From: the human T2T-CHM13v2.0 reference genome, Homo sapiens
DNA: 64,000 bases
Assembly (NCBI RefSeq): GCF_009914755.1
Contig: NC_060932.1
Reading direction: 5' to 3' (one strand)
Part shown: positions 1 through 11,355 of the stretch, one piece after another
Layout of the letters: each line of letters begins with the position of its first letter
Numbering within the stretch: position 1 is the first letter of the stretch
The notes under the pieces: model-generated
Seen by the model: the letters and a program-made list of their open reading frames with translations, nothing else
What the model was told of the DNA's origin: nothing
Database searches by the model: none
Translations under genes and position numbers: made by a program

Positions 1-1275
1 AAGAATGCTAGACATCATCTGGTTCATTTTGGGGGTTCTATACATTCATTTGGTTTTTTCAAGAATGGCTTGAAAATTTCTTGAAGCAGTTGCAGAGCAG
101 TTTAATCTAGAGCTAACTAGCACCACTACTTGCTGATGGCTTTCTGAGGTTCTGAGTTCTCTCCACTTTGCTGTGGGGATACAAAGTTTTCAAGACTTGT
201 CTGTCCTCCTGAAAATGCCGTTCACTCCCTTATGGAGTTTTTACTTTTTTCTGGCCTGGGGAAGTCTTAGCCCAAGTGTGCACACATCATAACATAGCCT
301 AAGAGTGAAGGCATTCTTCTCTTCTCCAACACTCAAGATCAATGCTTCCTTTCAGTAGCCCACTCTCTGATATGTGCACTGGAAATTGGGGTCTGATACA
401 GGTTGGATGTTTGTACTCTCCAAATACTATGTTGAAATGTAATTCCCAGTCTTGGAGGTGGGACCTGGCAGGAGGTGTTGGGGTCATTGGGGTGGATCCC
501 TCATGAATGGCTTGGTGCTGTCCTGGAGATAATCTGTGAGCTCCTTCTTTGAGTCATGGGAGATCTGGTTGTTTCACACAGTGTGGCACCTCCCCAACTC
601 TGGCTCCTTCTCCTGGCTTGTGATACTCCTGCTCCCCCTTCCCCTTCCTACACAAAAGGAAGCCTTCTGAGGCCTCAAAAGGAGCAGATGATGTCACCAT
701 GCTACTCATACAGCCTACAGAATAGGGAGCCAAAATAAACTTCTTTTCCTTATGAATTACCCAGCATTAGGTATTCCTTTATAGGAGTAAAAACAAACTG
801 ACACAGAAAATTGATACTGTGCAGGGGGCATTGCTGTAAAGACAGCTGAAAATATGGAAGTGGCTTTGTCACTGGGTACTGGCAGAGGTTGAAAGAGTTT
901 GTAGGGCCCAGCAAAAGATAGGAAGATGAGGGAAAGTTTGGAACTCTTTAGAAACTTGTTAAATGTACGTGACCAAAATGCTCACAGAGATATGGACAGT
1001 GGAGTCCACACTATCAAGTTGTTAGATGGAAAAGTGGAAGTTACTGGGAATTAGAGCAAGGGTCCCCATTGTTACACCCCAGTCAAGAGCTTGGCTGCAT
1101 TGTGTTCACGTCCTAGGGATTTGTGGAAAGTTGAACTTTAGAGTGATTAGCTAGAGCATCTGGTCTAAGTAATTTCCAAGGAGCAAAGTATTCAAGATAT
1201 GTAGCTGCTTCTACAAGCTTGCAATCAGATACAGGAGCAAAGAAATGCTTTCAATTTGGAACTTAAAGGAGAAGC

Positions 1276-1728
1276 TGTCAGGCGTCTCAGCCCAAGCCAA
1301 GCCATCGCATCCCCTGTGACTTGCATGTATACGCCCAGATGGCCTGAAGTAACTGAAGAATCACAAAAGAAGTGAATATGCCCTGCCCCACCTTAACAGA
1401 TGACATTCCACCACAAAAGAAGTGTAAATGGCCGGTCCTTGCCTTAAGTGACGACATTACCTTGTGAAAGTCCTTTTCCTGGCTCATCCTGTCTCAAAAA
1501 GCACCCCCACTGAGCACCTTGCAACCCCTACTCCTGCCCGCCAGAGAACAAACCCCTTTTGACTGTATTTTTCCTTTACCTACCCAAATCCTATAAAAGA
1601 GCCCCACACTTTTCTCCCTTCACTGACTCCCTTTTTGGATTCAGCCCACCTGCACTCAGGTGAAATAAACAGCCATGTTGCTCACACAAAGCCTGTTTGG
1701 TGGTCTCTTCACACGGACGCACATGAAA
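1276..1728 (+). mobile_element. HERV-H 5' LTR (LTR7)
   Basis: TGTCAGGC...CCCAAGCCAAGCCATCGCATCCCCTGTGAC...TATAAAA (about 1592)...AATAAA...CACACGGACGCACATGAAA. Confidence 0.95.
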
Positions 1729-1730
1729 TT

Positions 1731-1748
1731 TGGTGCCGTGACTTGGAT
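1731..1748 (+). promoter_or_regulatory. Primer-binding site for tRNA-His
   Basis: TGGTGCCGTGACTTGGAT directly after the 5' LTR; one mismatch to the HERV-H PBS TGGTGCCGTGACTCGGAT. Confidence 0.93.
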
Positions 1749-2321
1749 CGGGGGACCTCCCTTGGGAGATCAATCCCCTGTACTCCTGTTTTTTGCTCCG
1801 TGAGAAGATCCACCTATGACCTCAGGTCATCAGACCGACCAGCCCAAGGAACATCTCACCAATTTTAAATCAGGTAAGCGGCCTCTTCTTACTCTCTTCT
1901 GCAACCTCTCTCACTGTCCCTCAACCACTTTCTCCTTTCCACTCTTCAATCTCTCCCTTCTCTTAATTTCAATTCCTTTCATTTTCTGGAAGAGACAAAG
2001 GAGACACGTTTTTTCCATGGACCCAAAACTCCGGCACTGGTCACGGACTGGGAAGGCAGCCTTCCCTTGGTGTTTAATCATTGCAGGGATGCCTCTCTGA
2101 TTATACACCCACGTTTCAAGGGTGTCTGACCATGCAGGAACACCTGCCTTGGTCATTCACCCTTAGCGGCAATTCCCGCTTTTCTGGGGAAGGGGCAAGT
2201 ACCTCAACTCCTTCTCGCCTTGTCTCTACCCCTTCTCTGCTTTTCTGGGAGAGGGGCAAGTACCCTTCAACCCCTTCTCCTTCACCCTTAGCGGCAAGTC
2301 CCGCTTTTCTATGGGGCAAGA

Positions 2322-2585
2322 ACACCCAATCCCTTATTTCCACGCCCCAGCCTCTTATCTCTGCACCCCAATCCCTTATTTCCATGCCCCAACCTCTTAT
2401 CTCTACACCCCAATCCCTTATTTCCATGCCCCAACCTCTTATCTCTACACCCCAATCCCTTATTTCTGCACTCCGACCTCTTATCTCTGTGCCCCAATCC
2501 CTTATTTCAGTGCCTCAACCTCATATCTCTGCACCCCAATCCCTTATTTCCATGCCCTGACCTCTTATCTCTGTGCCCCAACCCC
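2322..2585 (+). repeat. 39-bp tandem repeat (about 6.5 copies) in the HERV-H leader
   Basis: Unit approximately CACCCCAATCCCTTATTTCCATGCCCCAACCTCTTATCT; it produces the periodic ORFs (PQSLISMPQPLIS)n. Confidence 0.92.
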
Positions 2586-5500
2586 TTTTCCCACTTTTCT
2601 GGAAGGTAAGAACCCCCAAACCCCTTCCTTCCATTTCTCTACTCTCTCTTTTCTCTAGGCTTGCTTCCTTCACTATGGGCAACCTTCCATGCTCCATTCT
2701 TCCTTCTACTCCCTTGGCCTGTGTTCTCAAAAACTTAAAACCTCTTCAAGTCACACCTGACCTAAAACCTAAATGCCTTATGTTCTTCTGCAATGCCACT
2801 TGACCCCAATACAAACTCGACAGTAGTTCCAAATAGCCAGAAAATGGCACTTTGAATTTTTCCATCCTACAAGATCTAAATAATTCTTGTTGTAAAACAG
2901 GCAAATGGTCTCAGGTGCCTGACGTCCAGGCATTCTTTTACACATCAGTCCCTTCCTAGTCTCTGTGCCCAGTGCAACTCATCCCAAATCTTCCTTCTTT
3001 CCCTCCCGCCTGTCCCCTCAGTACCAACCCCAAGTGTCGCTGAGTCTTTCTAATCTTCCTTTTCTACAGACCAATCTGACATCTCCCTTCCTCCCCAGGC
3101 TGCTCCTCACCAGGCCAAGCTACGTCCCAATTCTTCCTCAGCCTCTGCTCCTCTACCCTATAATCTTTTTATCACCTCCCCTCCTCACACCTGGTCCGGC
3201 TTACAGTTTCCTTCCGTGACTAGCCCTCCTCCACCTGCCCAGCAATTTACTCTTAAAAAGGTGGCCGGAGCCAAAGATATAGTCAAGGTTAATGCTCCTT
3301 TTTCTTTATCCCAAATCAGAAGTGTTTAGGCTCCTTTTCATCAAATATAAAAACCCAGCCCAGTTCATGGCTCATTTGGCAGCAACCCTGAGACACTTTA
3401 CAGCCCTAGACCCTAAAAGGTCAAAAGGCCGTCTTATTCTCAATATACATTTTATTACCCAATCTGCTCCCAACATTAAATAAAACTCCAAAAATTGGAA
3501 TCTGGCCCTCAAACCCCACAACAGGACTTAATTAACCTCACCTTCAAGGCGTACAATAACAGAAAAAAGTTGCAATTCTTTGCCTCCACTGTGAGACAAA
3601 CCCCAGCCACATCTCCAGCACACAAGAACTTCCAAATGCCTGAACCACAGCAGCCAGGCAGTCCTCCAGAACCTCCTCCCCCAGGAGCTTGCTACATATG
3701 CAAAATCTGGCCACTGGGCCAAGGAATGCCCACAGCCTGGGATTCCTCCTAAGCCGCGTCCCATCTGTGTGGGACCCCACTGAAAACCGGACTGTTCAAC
3801 TCACCTGGCAGCCATTCCCACAGCCCCTGGAACTCTGGCCCAAGGCTCTCTGACTGACTCCTTCAGAGATCTTCTCCGCTTAGTGGCTGAAGACTGACAC
3901 TGCCCGATCGCCTCAGAAGCCCCCTAGACCATCACGGACGCTGAACTTCGAGTAACTCTCACAGTGGCGGGTAATTCCGTCCCCTTCTTAATCATTACGG
4001 TGGCTACCCACTCCACATTACCTTCTTTTCAAGGGCCTGTTTCCCTTGATTCCATAACTGTTGTGGGTATTGATGGCCAGGCTTCTAAACCTCTTAAAAC
4101 TCCCCAACTCTGGTGCCAACTTAGACAATACTCTTTTAAGCACTCCTTTTTAGTTGTCCCCACCTGCCCAGTTCCCTTATTAGGCCGAGACAATTTAACT
4201 AAATTATCTGCTTCCCTGACTATTCCTGGACTACAGCTATATCTCATTGCCACCCTTCTTCCCAATCCAAAGTCTCCTTTGCGTCCTCTTGTATCCCCCG
4301 ACCTTAACCCACAAGTATAAGATACCTCTACTCCCTCCTTGGTGACCGATCATGCACCCCTTACCATCTCATTAAAACCTAATCACCCTTACCCCACTCA
4401 ACACCAATATCCCATCCCGCAGCATGCTTTAAAAAGATTAAAGCCTGTTATCACTCGTCTGCTACAGCATGGCCTTTTAAATCCTATAAACTCTCCTTAC
4501 AATTCCCCCATTTTACCTGTCCTAAAACCAGACAAGCCTTACAAGTTAGTTCATGATCTGCACCTTATCAACCAAATTGTTTTGCCTATCCCCCCTGTGG
4601 TGTCCAACCCGTACACTCTTTTGTCCTCAATACCTTCCTCCACAACTCACTATTCTGTGCTTGATCTTAAAGATGCTTTTTCACTATTCCCCTGCACCCC
4701 TTGTCCCAGCCTCTCTTCGCTTCCACTTAGACTGACCCTGACACCCATCAGGCTCAGCAAATTACCTAGGCTGTACTGCCGCAAGGCTTCATAGACAGCC
4801 CCTATTACTTCAGTCAAGCCCAAATGTCATCCTCATCTGTTACCTATCTCAGCATAGTTCTCATGAAAACATATGTGCTTTCCCTGCTGATCATGTCCGA
4901 TTAATCTCCCAAACCACAATCCCTTACAAAACAACTCCTTTCCTTCCTAGGCATAGTTAGTGCAGTCAGAATTCTTACACAAGAGCCAGGACAGCACCCT
5001 GTAGCCTTTCTGTGCAAACAACTTGACCTTACTGTTTTAGCCTAGCCCTCATGTCTGCGTGCAGTGGCTGCCGCTGCTTTAATACTTTTAGAGGCCCTCA
5101 AAATCACAAACTATGCTCAACTCCCTCTCTACAGTTCTCATAACTTCCAAAATCTATTTTCTTCCTCATACTTGACTTATATACTTTCTGCTCCCCGGCT
5201 CCTTCAGCTGTACTCACTCTTTAAGTCCCACAATTACCATTGTTCCTGGCCCGGACTTCAATCTGGCCTCCCACATTATTCCTGATACCACACCTGACCC
5301 CCATGACTGTATCTCTCTGATCCACCTGATATTCACCCCATTTCCCCATATTTGCTTCTTTCCTGTTCCTCACCCTGATCACGCTTGATTTATTGATGGC
5401 AGTTCCACCAGGCCTAATTGCCACACACCAGCAAAAGCAGGTTATACTATAGTACAAGCCACTAGCCCGCCTCTTAGAACCTCTTATTTCCTTTCCATCG

Positions 5501-6707
5501 TGGAAATCTATCCTCAAGGAAGGAAATAACTTCTCAGTGTTCCATCTGCTATTCTACTACTCCTCAGGGATTATTCAGGCCCCCTCCCTTCCCTACACAT
5601 CAAGTCAAGGATTTGCCCCACCCAGGACTGGCAAGTTAGCTTTACTCAACATGCCCTGAGTCAGATAACTAAAATACCTCTTAGTCTAGGTAGATACTTT
5701 CACTGGATAGGTAGAGGCCTTTCCTACGGGGTCTGAGAAGGCCACCGCAGTCATTTCTTTGGTTCTGTCAGACATAATTTCTCAGTTTAGCCTTCCCACC
5801 TCCATACAGTCTGATAACACATGAGCCTTTATTAGTCAAATCAGCCAAGCAGTTTTTCAGGCTCTTAGTATTCAGTGAAACCTTTATATTCCTTACAGTC
5901 CTCCATCTTCAAGAAAAGGAGAATGGACTAAAGGTCTTTTAAAAACACACCTCACCAAGCTCAGCCACCAAAAAGGACTGGACAATACTTTTAGCACTCT
6001 CCCATCTCAGAATTCAGGCCTGTCCTCGGAATGCTACAGGGTACAGCCCATTTAAGCTCCTGTATAGACGCTCCTTTTTATTAGGCCCCAGTCTCATTCC
6101 AGACACCAGACCAACTTAAACTGTGCCCCAAAAAACTTGTCATCCCTACTATCTTCTGTCTAGTCATACTCCTATTCACTGTTCTCAACTACTCATACAT
6201 GCCCTGCTCTTGTTTACACGGCCGTTTTACACAGTTTTTCCAAGCCATCACAGCTGATATCTCCTGGTGCTATCCCCAAACTGCCGCTCTTAACTCTTGA
6301 AGTAAATAAATAATCTTTGCTGGCAGGACTATGATGAGTCTCCTTAGGCACTCTCTAATCAGATATCCTGAGTCGTCCCAATTCTTAGACCTTTTATACC
6401 TGTTTTTCTCCTTCTGTTATTCCATTTAGTTTCTCAATTCATCCAAAAGCGTATCCAGGCCATCACCAATCATTCTATATGACAAATGTTTCTTCTAACA
6501 TCCCCACAATATCACCCCTTACCACAAGACTTCCCTTCAGCTTAATCTCTCCCACTCTAGATTCCCACGCCACCCCTAATCCCGCTTGAAGCAGCCCTGA
6601 GAAACATCGCCCATTCTCTCTCCATACCACCCCCCAAAAATTTTCACCACCCCAACACTTCAACACTATTTTGTTTTATTTTTCTTATTAATATAAGAAG
6701 GCAGGAA

Positions 6708-7162
6708 TATCAGGCCTCTTAGCCCAAGCCAAGCCATCGCATCCCCTGTGACTTCCACGTATATACGCCCAGATGGCCTGAAGTAACTGAAGAATCACAA
6801 AAGAAGTGAATATGCCCTGCCCCAATTTAACAGATGACATTCCACCACAAAAGAAGTGTGAATGGCCGGTCTTTGCCTTAAGTGATGACATTACCTTGTG
6901 AAAGTCCTTTTCCTGGCTCATCCTGGCTCAAAAAGCAACCCCACTGAGCACCTTGCGACCCCCACTCCTGCCCACCAGAGAACAAAACCCCTTTGACTGT
7001 AATTTTCCTTTACCTACCCAAATCCTATAAAACGGCCCCATCCTTATCTCCCTTTGCTGACTCTCTTTTCAGACTCAGCCCGCCTGCACCCAGGTGAAAT
7101 AAACAGCCATGTTGCTCACACAAAGCCTGTTTGGTGGTCTCTTCACACGGACGCGCATGAAA
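6708..7162 (+). mobile_element. HERV-H 3' LTR (LTR7), preceded by polypurine tract 6695-6707
   Basis: AAGAAGGCAGGAA then TATCAGGCCTC... (terminal TG mutated to TA) through GGACGCGCATGAAA; a direct repeat of 1276-1728. Confidence 0.95.
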
Positions 7163-9194
7163 GAAGCAAAGCATAAAAATTTGGAAAATTTGCAGCCTAG
7201 AAATTTAGTAGAGAAAGAAAAAGCATTTTCAGAAGAGGACTGTAAGGGGCTGTGGAGAAACCACTTGCTAGAGAGATGTGCATGACTGAGAAGGAGCCAA
7301 GTGCTAATAGCCAAGACAATGGGGAAAAGGCTTACAAGGCATTTTTGAAAACTTTGAGGCATTCCCTCCCACCACAGCCCACAGGCCTAGGAGGAAAGAA
7401 TGGTTTCAGTGGCCAGACCCAGGCACAGCTGCCCTGCTCAGCTTCAAGACACATCCTGGCTGCCCAGCCTCCAGCCTCAGCTCAAAGGGCCTAATGTACA
7501 GATTGGCCACTGCTTCAGTGGGTGAAAGCCAGAACGTCTTGGCAGCGTTCATGTGGTGCTAAGCCTGCAAGTCTGCAGAGTGCAAAAAGGAAGGAGGCTT
7601 GGCAGCTTCCACCGAGATTTCAGAGGATGTGTGGCAAAGTCTGGTTCTCCAGGCAGAAAACTGCTGCCGAGGGAGAGTACCAAGAGAAAAACTCTACCAG
7701 GGCAGTGCTAAGGGGAAACGTGGGGTTGGATTCCCCACACAGTGTCCCCAGTGGGGCATTGCCTAGTGGAGCTGAGGGAAGGGGAACACTGCCCTCCAGA
7801 CCTGAGAATAGTAACACTGTTGACAGCTTGTACCCTCAGCATGGAAGAGCCACGGGCATCAGATTCTGACCTGTGACAGGAGCCATGTGGGCTGCACCCT
7901 GTAAAGCCACAGGGGCAGAGCAGCCCAAGGTCTTCAGAGCCCACCCTCACAGCAGAATAAAGGACATGGAATCAAGAATTATTTTCAAACTTTGAGGTTT
8001 AATAGCTGTCCTGCTGAGTTTCTGACATGTGTGGGGCCTGTAATCCCTTTTATTGGCCAATTTCTGCCTTTTAGAATGGTAGTGTCTAGCCAATGCCTGT
8101 GCCATCATTGTAACATGAAAGTACATAACTTGTTTTTGATAGTACAGGCTAAAAGGCGGAAGGAATTTGAGTCTCAGGGGATGAGATTTTGAACTTTGGA
8201 CTTTTGATTAAGTTAATGCTGGAAGTAGTTAAAACTTTGGGGAGTGATTGGGAAGGGATGATTGCATTTTGCAATGTGAGAAGGACATGAGATTTGAGGG
8301 ACCAGAGGAAGAATAATATTTTTCAGATGTTTGTCCCCTCGAAACCTCCTGCTGAAATCTAATCCTCAGTGTTGGAAGTGGAATCTGGTGGGAAGTGTTT
8401 GGGTTGTGGGGGTGAATCCCTAATGAATGACTAACTGCTTTCATCACAAAAATGAGTGAGTTCTTGCTCCGAGTTCATACAACATGTAGTTGTTTAAAAG
8501 AGTCTGGGACCTCCTTGCACCCTCTCGCTCCACTCTTACCACGTGATATTCCTGCTCCCACTTGACTTTCCACTATGACTGAAGGCTTATGGAGTCCTAA
8601 CAAGGAGCGGATGCAGGCACCATGCTTCTCACACAGCCAAAAATAGTGAGCCAAATAACTTCCTTTCCTGAAGTATTATCCCACCTCAGGTATTCCTTTA
8701 GAGCAACACACACAGACTGACACAGGGCGTATCGTGCTGTGTGAGCTTTGACCTTGGTCTCCTCAATGCTACAGGGTGCTGGTCTTCATGTAAGTCTTCC
8801 TCCCTGTGCTGTGGCCTGTAACCTGGCCCTATAGAGAGCTAGGGGCAAAAGGACATCCTACTTTATTTGTTTGTTGCACTGCTTATTATCCAATATATGA
8901 ACACAGCTGTCTCACACCTGCTGACTAGTTCCATCTTGTCTACTGTAGGAGGGCAATTCCCATAGCAGTGAGTCCGTTTGGATGGAAACTGAGGAACAGG
9001 CTCAACTTTTTCAGTTTTTGTCCCTTCTTCCTGAGAGCCTCATTGTCTTTTCATATAAGCCTTCAGAATTTGAGAAAGATATACATAAAATTCCGTAAAA
9101 TGTTGGTAGGTTTTCATCTTTGTTCTCCATTACAGAAATGTAGCCTTAGCTTTTTTGTGTTACTAATTTTATGCTCAGTTTATAATTTGAAACC

Positions 9195-9507
9195 AGTAGG
9201 CCCTTCCTATTCGTGTGTTCCACATCAGGAAACGTTCTACAAAAACATTGTGTCTGAATTGAGCATGCACAGGCCTTTTTCTCTTGCCATTATTTTCTAG
9301 GAAATACAGCATAACTCCTACTTACTTAGCATTTACATTGTGTTCAGTGTTACAAGAAATCTAGGAATGATTTAAAGTATATGCAAGGAGTGTGAAGATT
9401 ATATGAAATTACTACTCTTTTATATCAGGGACTTGAGCATCTGAGGCATTTGGTATACACAGGGGGTCCTGGAACCAATCCCCCATGGATACTGAGGAGC
9501 AATTGTA
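9195..9507. mobile_element. MER2-like Tigger-derived DNA transposon
   Basis: Typical end TTTTATATCAGGGACTTGAGCATC...GGGGGTCCTGGAACCAATCCCCCATGGATACTGAGG...TGTA. Confidence 0.75.
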
Positions 9508-9509
9508 TT

Positions 9510-10009
9510 TGTGTTCTGTTTCTAAGCAAATTGTCATAAGCTTAGTGACCTAAACCAACACAAATTATCTTGCTGTTTTGGGGATCAAACATGAAAAATC
9601 AAAGTGTCCTTAGGACCTTTTTCCTTTCCAGAGGTTCTAAGAAGCTGAGTTTGCTTTCCTTTTTTTTTTTTTTTCTTCTTTGCCTTTTCAAATCTGAGAG
9701 GCTGCCCATGTTCCTTGGTTTGTGGATCCTTCCTTCATCTTCAAATCCAGCAATGGCTGTTGAGTCGTTCCCACATCGCATCACCCAGACACTGACTGTT
9801 CTGCCTTTCTTTTCCACATTTAAGGATTCTTGGATTACGTTGGTCTCATTCACATGATCTAAGTTAATCTCCCGGTTTTAAAGTCAGCATATCAGCCAAC
9901 TATTCTATCTGCTGTCTTAGTTCTTATTTGCCGTAAAGTGTAACATAATCCCAGGTTCTAGGGATAAGGACATGGACATCTTTGGGATGCCGTTATTACA
10001 CCTACTACA
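9510..10009 (-). mobile_element. MLT1 (MaLR) solo LTR, MLT1C/D-like
   Basis: CCAGGTTCTAGGGATAAGGACATGGACATCTTTGGG...ATTACACCTACTACA and CCTTCCTTCATCTTCAAATCCAGCAATGGC motifs. Confidence 0.65.
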
Positions 10010-10643
10010 CCTAGTAAAATAAAATTCAGTGACGTAATAAATACTTTCACCAAGAAAAATATCTTTAAAGAAAAAATGTTTTCAGTGATTCATAGTGTTA
10101 TTAGATGAATATAGGAGGCCAAGTTCAATTTGGCTTTCAGAAAAACCATGAAGAACTTTTTAGTGTATTTAATCCCAAATAGTATGAGATAGATAATGCC
10201 ACAATAAACTGGATGTTGTTTATCTAAAACTCACATTTAACTGAGTGTCCTATACTTTTATTTGCTAAATCTGTCAACCCTAGTCATGTAGGATTAATAC
10301 AAACAAATACATGTTTCTTCTAAGTTGCTCACATATGAGAGCAAAACAAAGAAAAGTACATTTAAGGTTCTATCACAGGTCTCTCAGAAAAAGTTTCCTG
10401 GATGTGTTATCATCCCCCAGATACCCTACAATTAGATCTTTTTGATGTTTCTTTAGTGTTTTTTTAATTATCTCTCTTTGATCAAGACCTTCACTGAAAT
10501 GTATTCTTTTAAAAGCAAACACTCCTTCATTTTGGATTCATTAAGAGACAGATGTTAGCATGAAAAAGCCCATATCCCAAGAAGGCTGGGGCATCTGAAA
10601 CATGTCTGACCCTTTTCATTTTTGAATAGACTCTCCTGTCTTA

Positions 10644-11085
<442 letters not shown>

Positions 11086-11275
11086 GTAAGAATACAAGTC
11101 AGTGGAAAATTTTCAGGTTGAAGTGCAGAGATATAAAATAATGAAAAATACAAAAAATTGCATAAATATATATGTGAAGGCACAGTAAAAGGATGCTTTG
11201 TATATGTGTGTCTGTGTGTTTGCATTGAGTATATATGCAATACACACATATTGCATATGTGTTTGTGTACATACG

Positions 11276-11355
11276 TATGGTTGGTGCAAAAGTAATTGCA
11301 GTTTTTGCCATTACCTTTAAAGGCAAAAACCACAATTACTTTTGGACCAATTCTC
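11276..11355. mobile_element. MADE1 (Hsmar1-derived 80-bp palindromic MITE)
   Basis: GGTTGGTGCAAAAGTAATTGCAGTTTTTGCC...GGCAAAAACCACAATTACTTTTGGACCAA inverted repeat. Confidence 0.9.

Larger units (their letters stand above)
1276..7162 (+). mobile_element. HERV-H provirus (about 5.9 kb deleted type; LTR7-gag-pro-pol remnant-LTR7), non-coding
   Basis: Two LTR7 copies, a 5-bp TSD GAAGC (1271-1275 / 7163-7167), tRNA-His PBS and PPT. Broken ORFs show gag (QQDLINLTFKAYNN, PPPGACY), protease (VATHSTL...VVGIDG...LLGRD) and RT (QYPIP...NSPYNSPILPVLKPD...VLDLKDAF) motifs with stops and frameshifts. Confidence 0.96.
394..8724 (+). mobile_element. MaLR (MST, probably MSTB-like) LTR retrotransposon: 5' LTR 394-805, internal region, 3' LTR 8314-8724; interrupted by HERV-H
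   Basis: The 5' LTR starts TGATACAGGTTGGATGTTTGT...GGTGGATCCCTCATGAATGGC and ends GGTATTCCTTTAT...ACTGACACA. A second diverged LTR ends GGTATTCCTTTAGAGCAACAC...ACTGACACA. MaLR-internal sequence (GAAAATTGATACT..., GAAAATTTGCAGCCT, AAGGACATGAGATTTG) flanks the HERV-H on both sides. Confidence 0.85.

Noticed and set aside
2081-2658. Periodic ORFs (PQSLISMPQPLIS)n and a repeat array superficially like CRISPR
   Set aside because: It is a head-to-tail 39-bp tandem repeat in the HERV-H leader with no unique spacers, in eukaryotic DNA.
3964-4794. Protease and RT ORFs as functional genes
   Set aside because: The protease DTG motif is degenerate, and RT is frameshifted with no catalytic YxDD motif seen.
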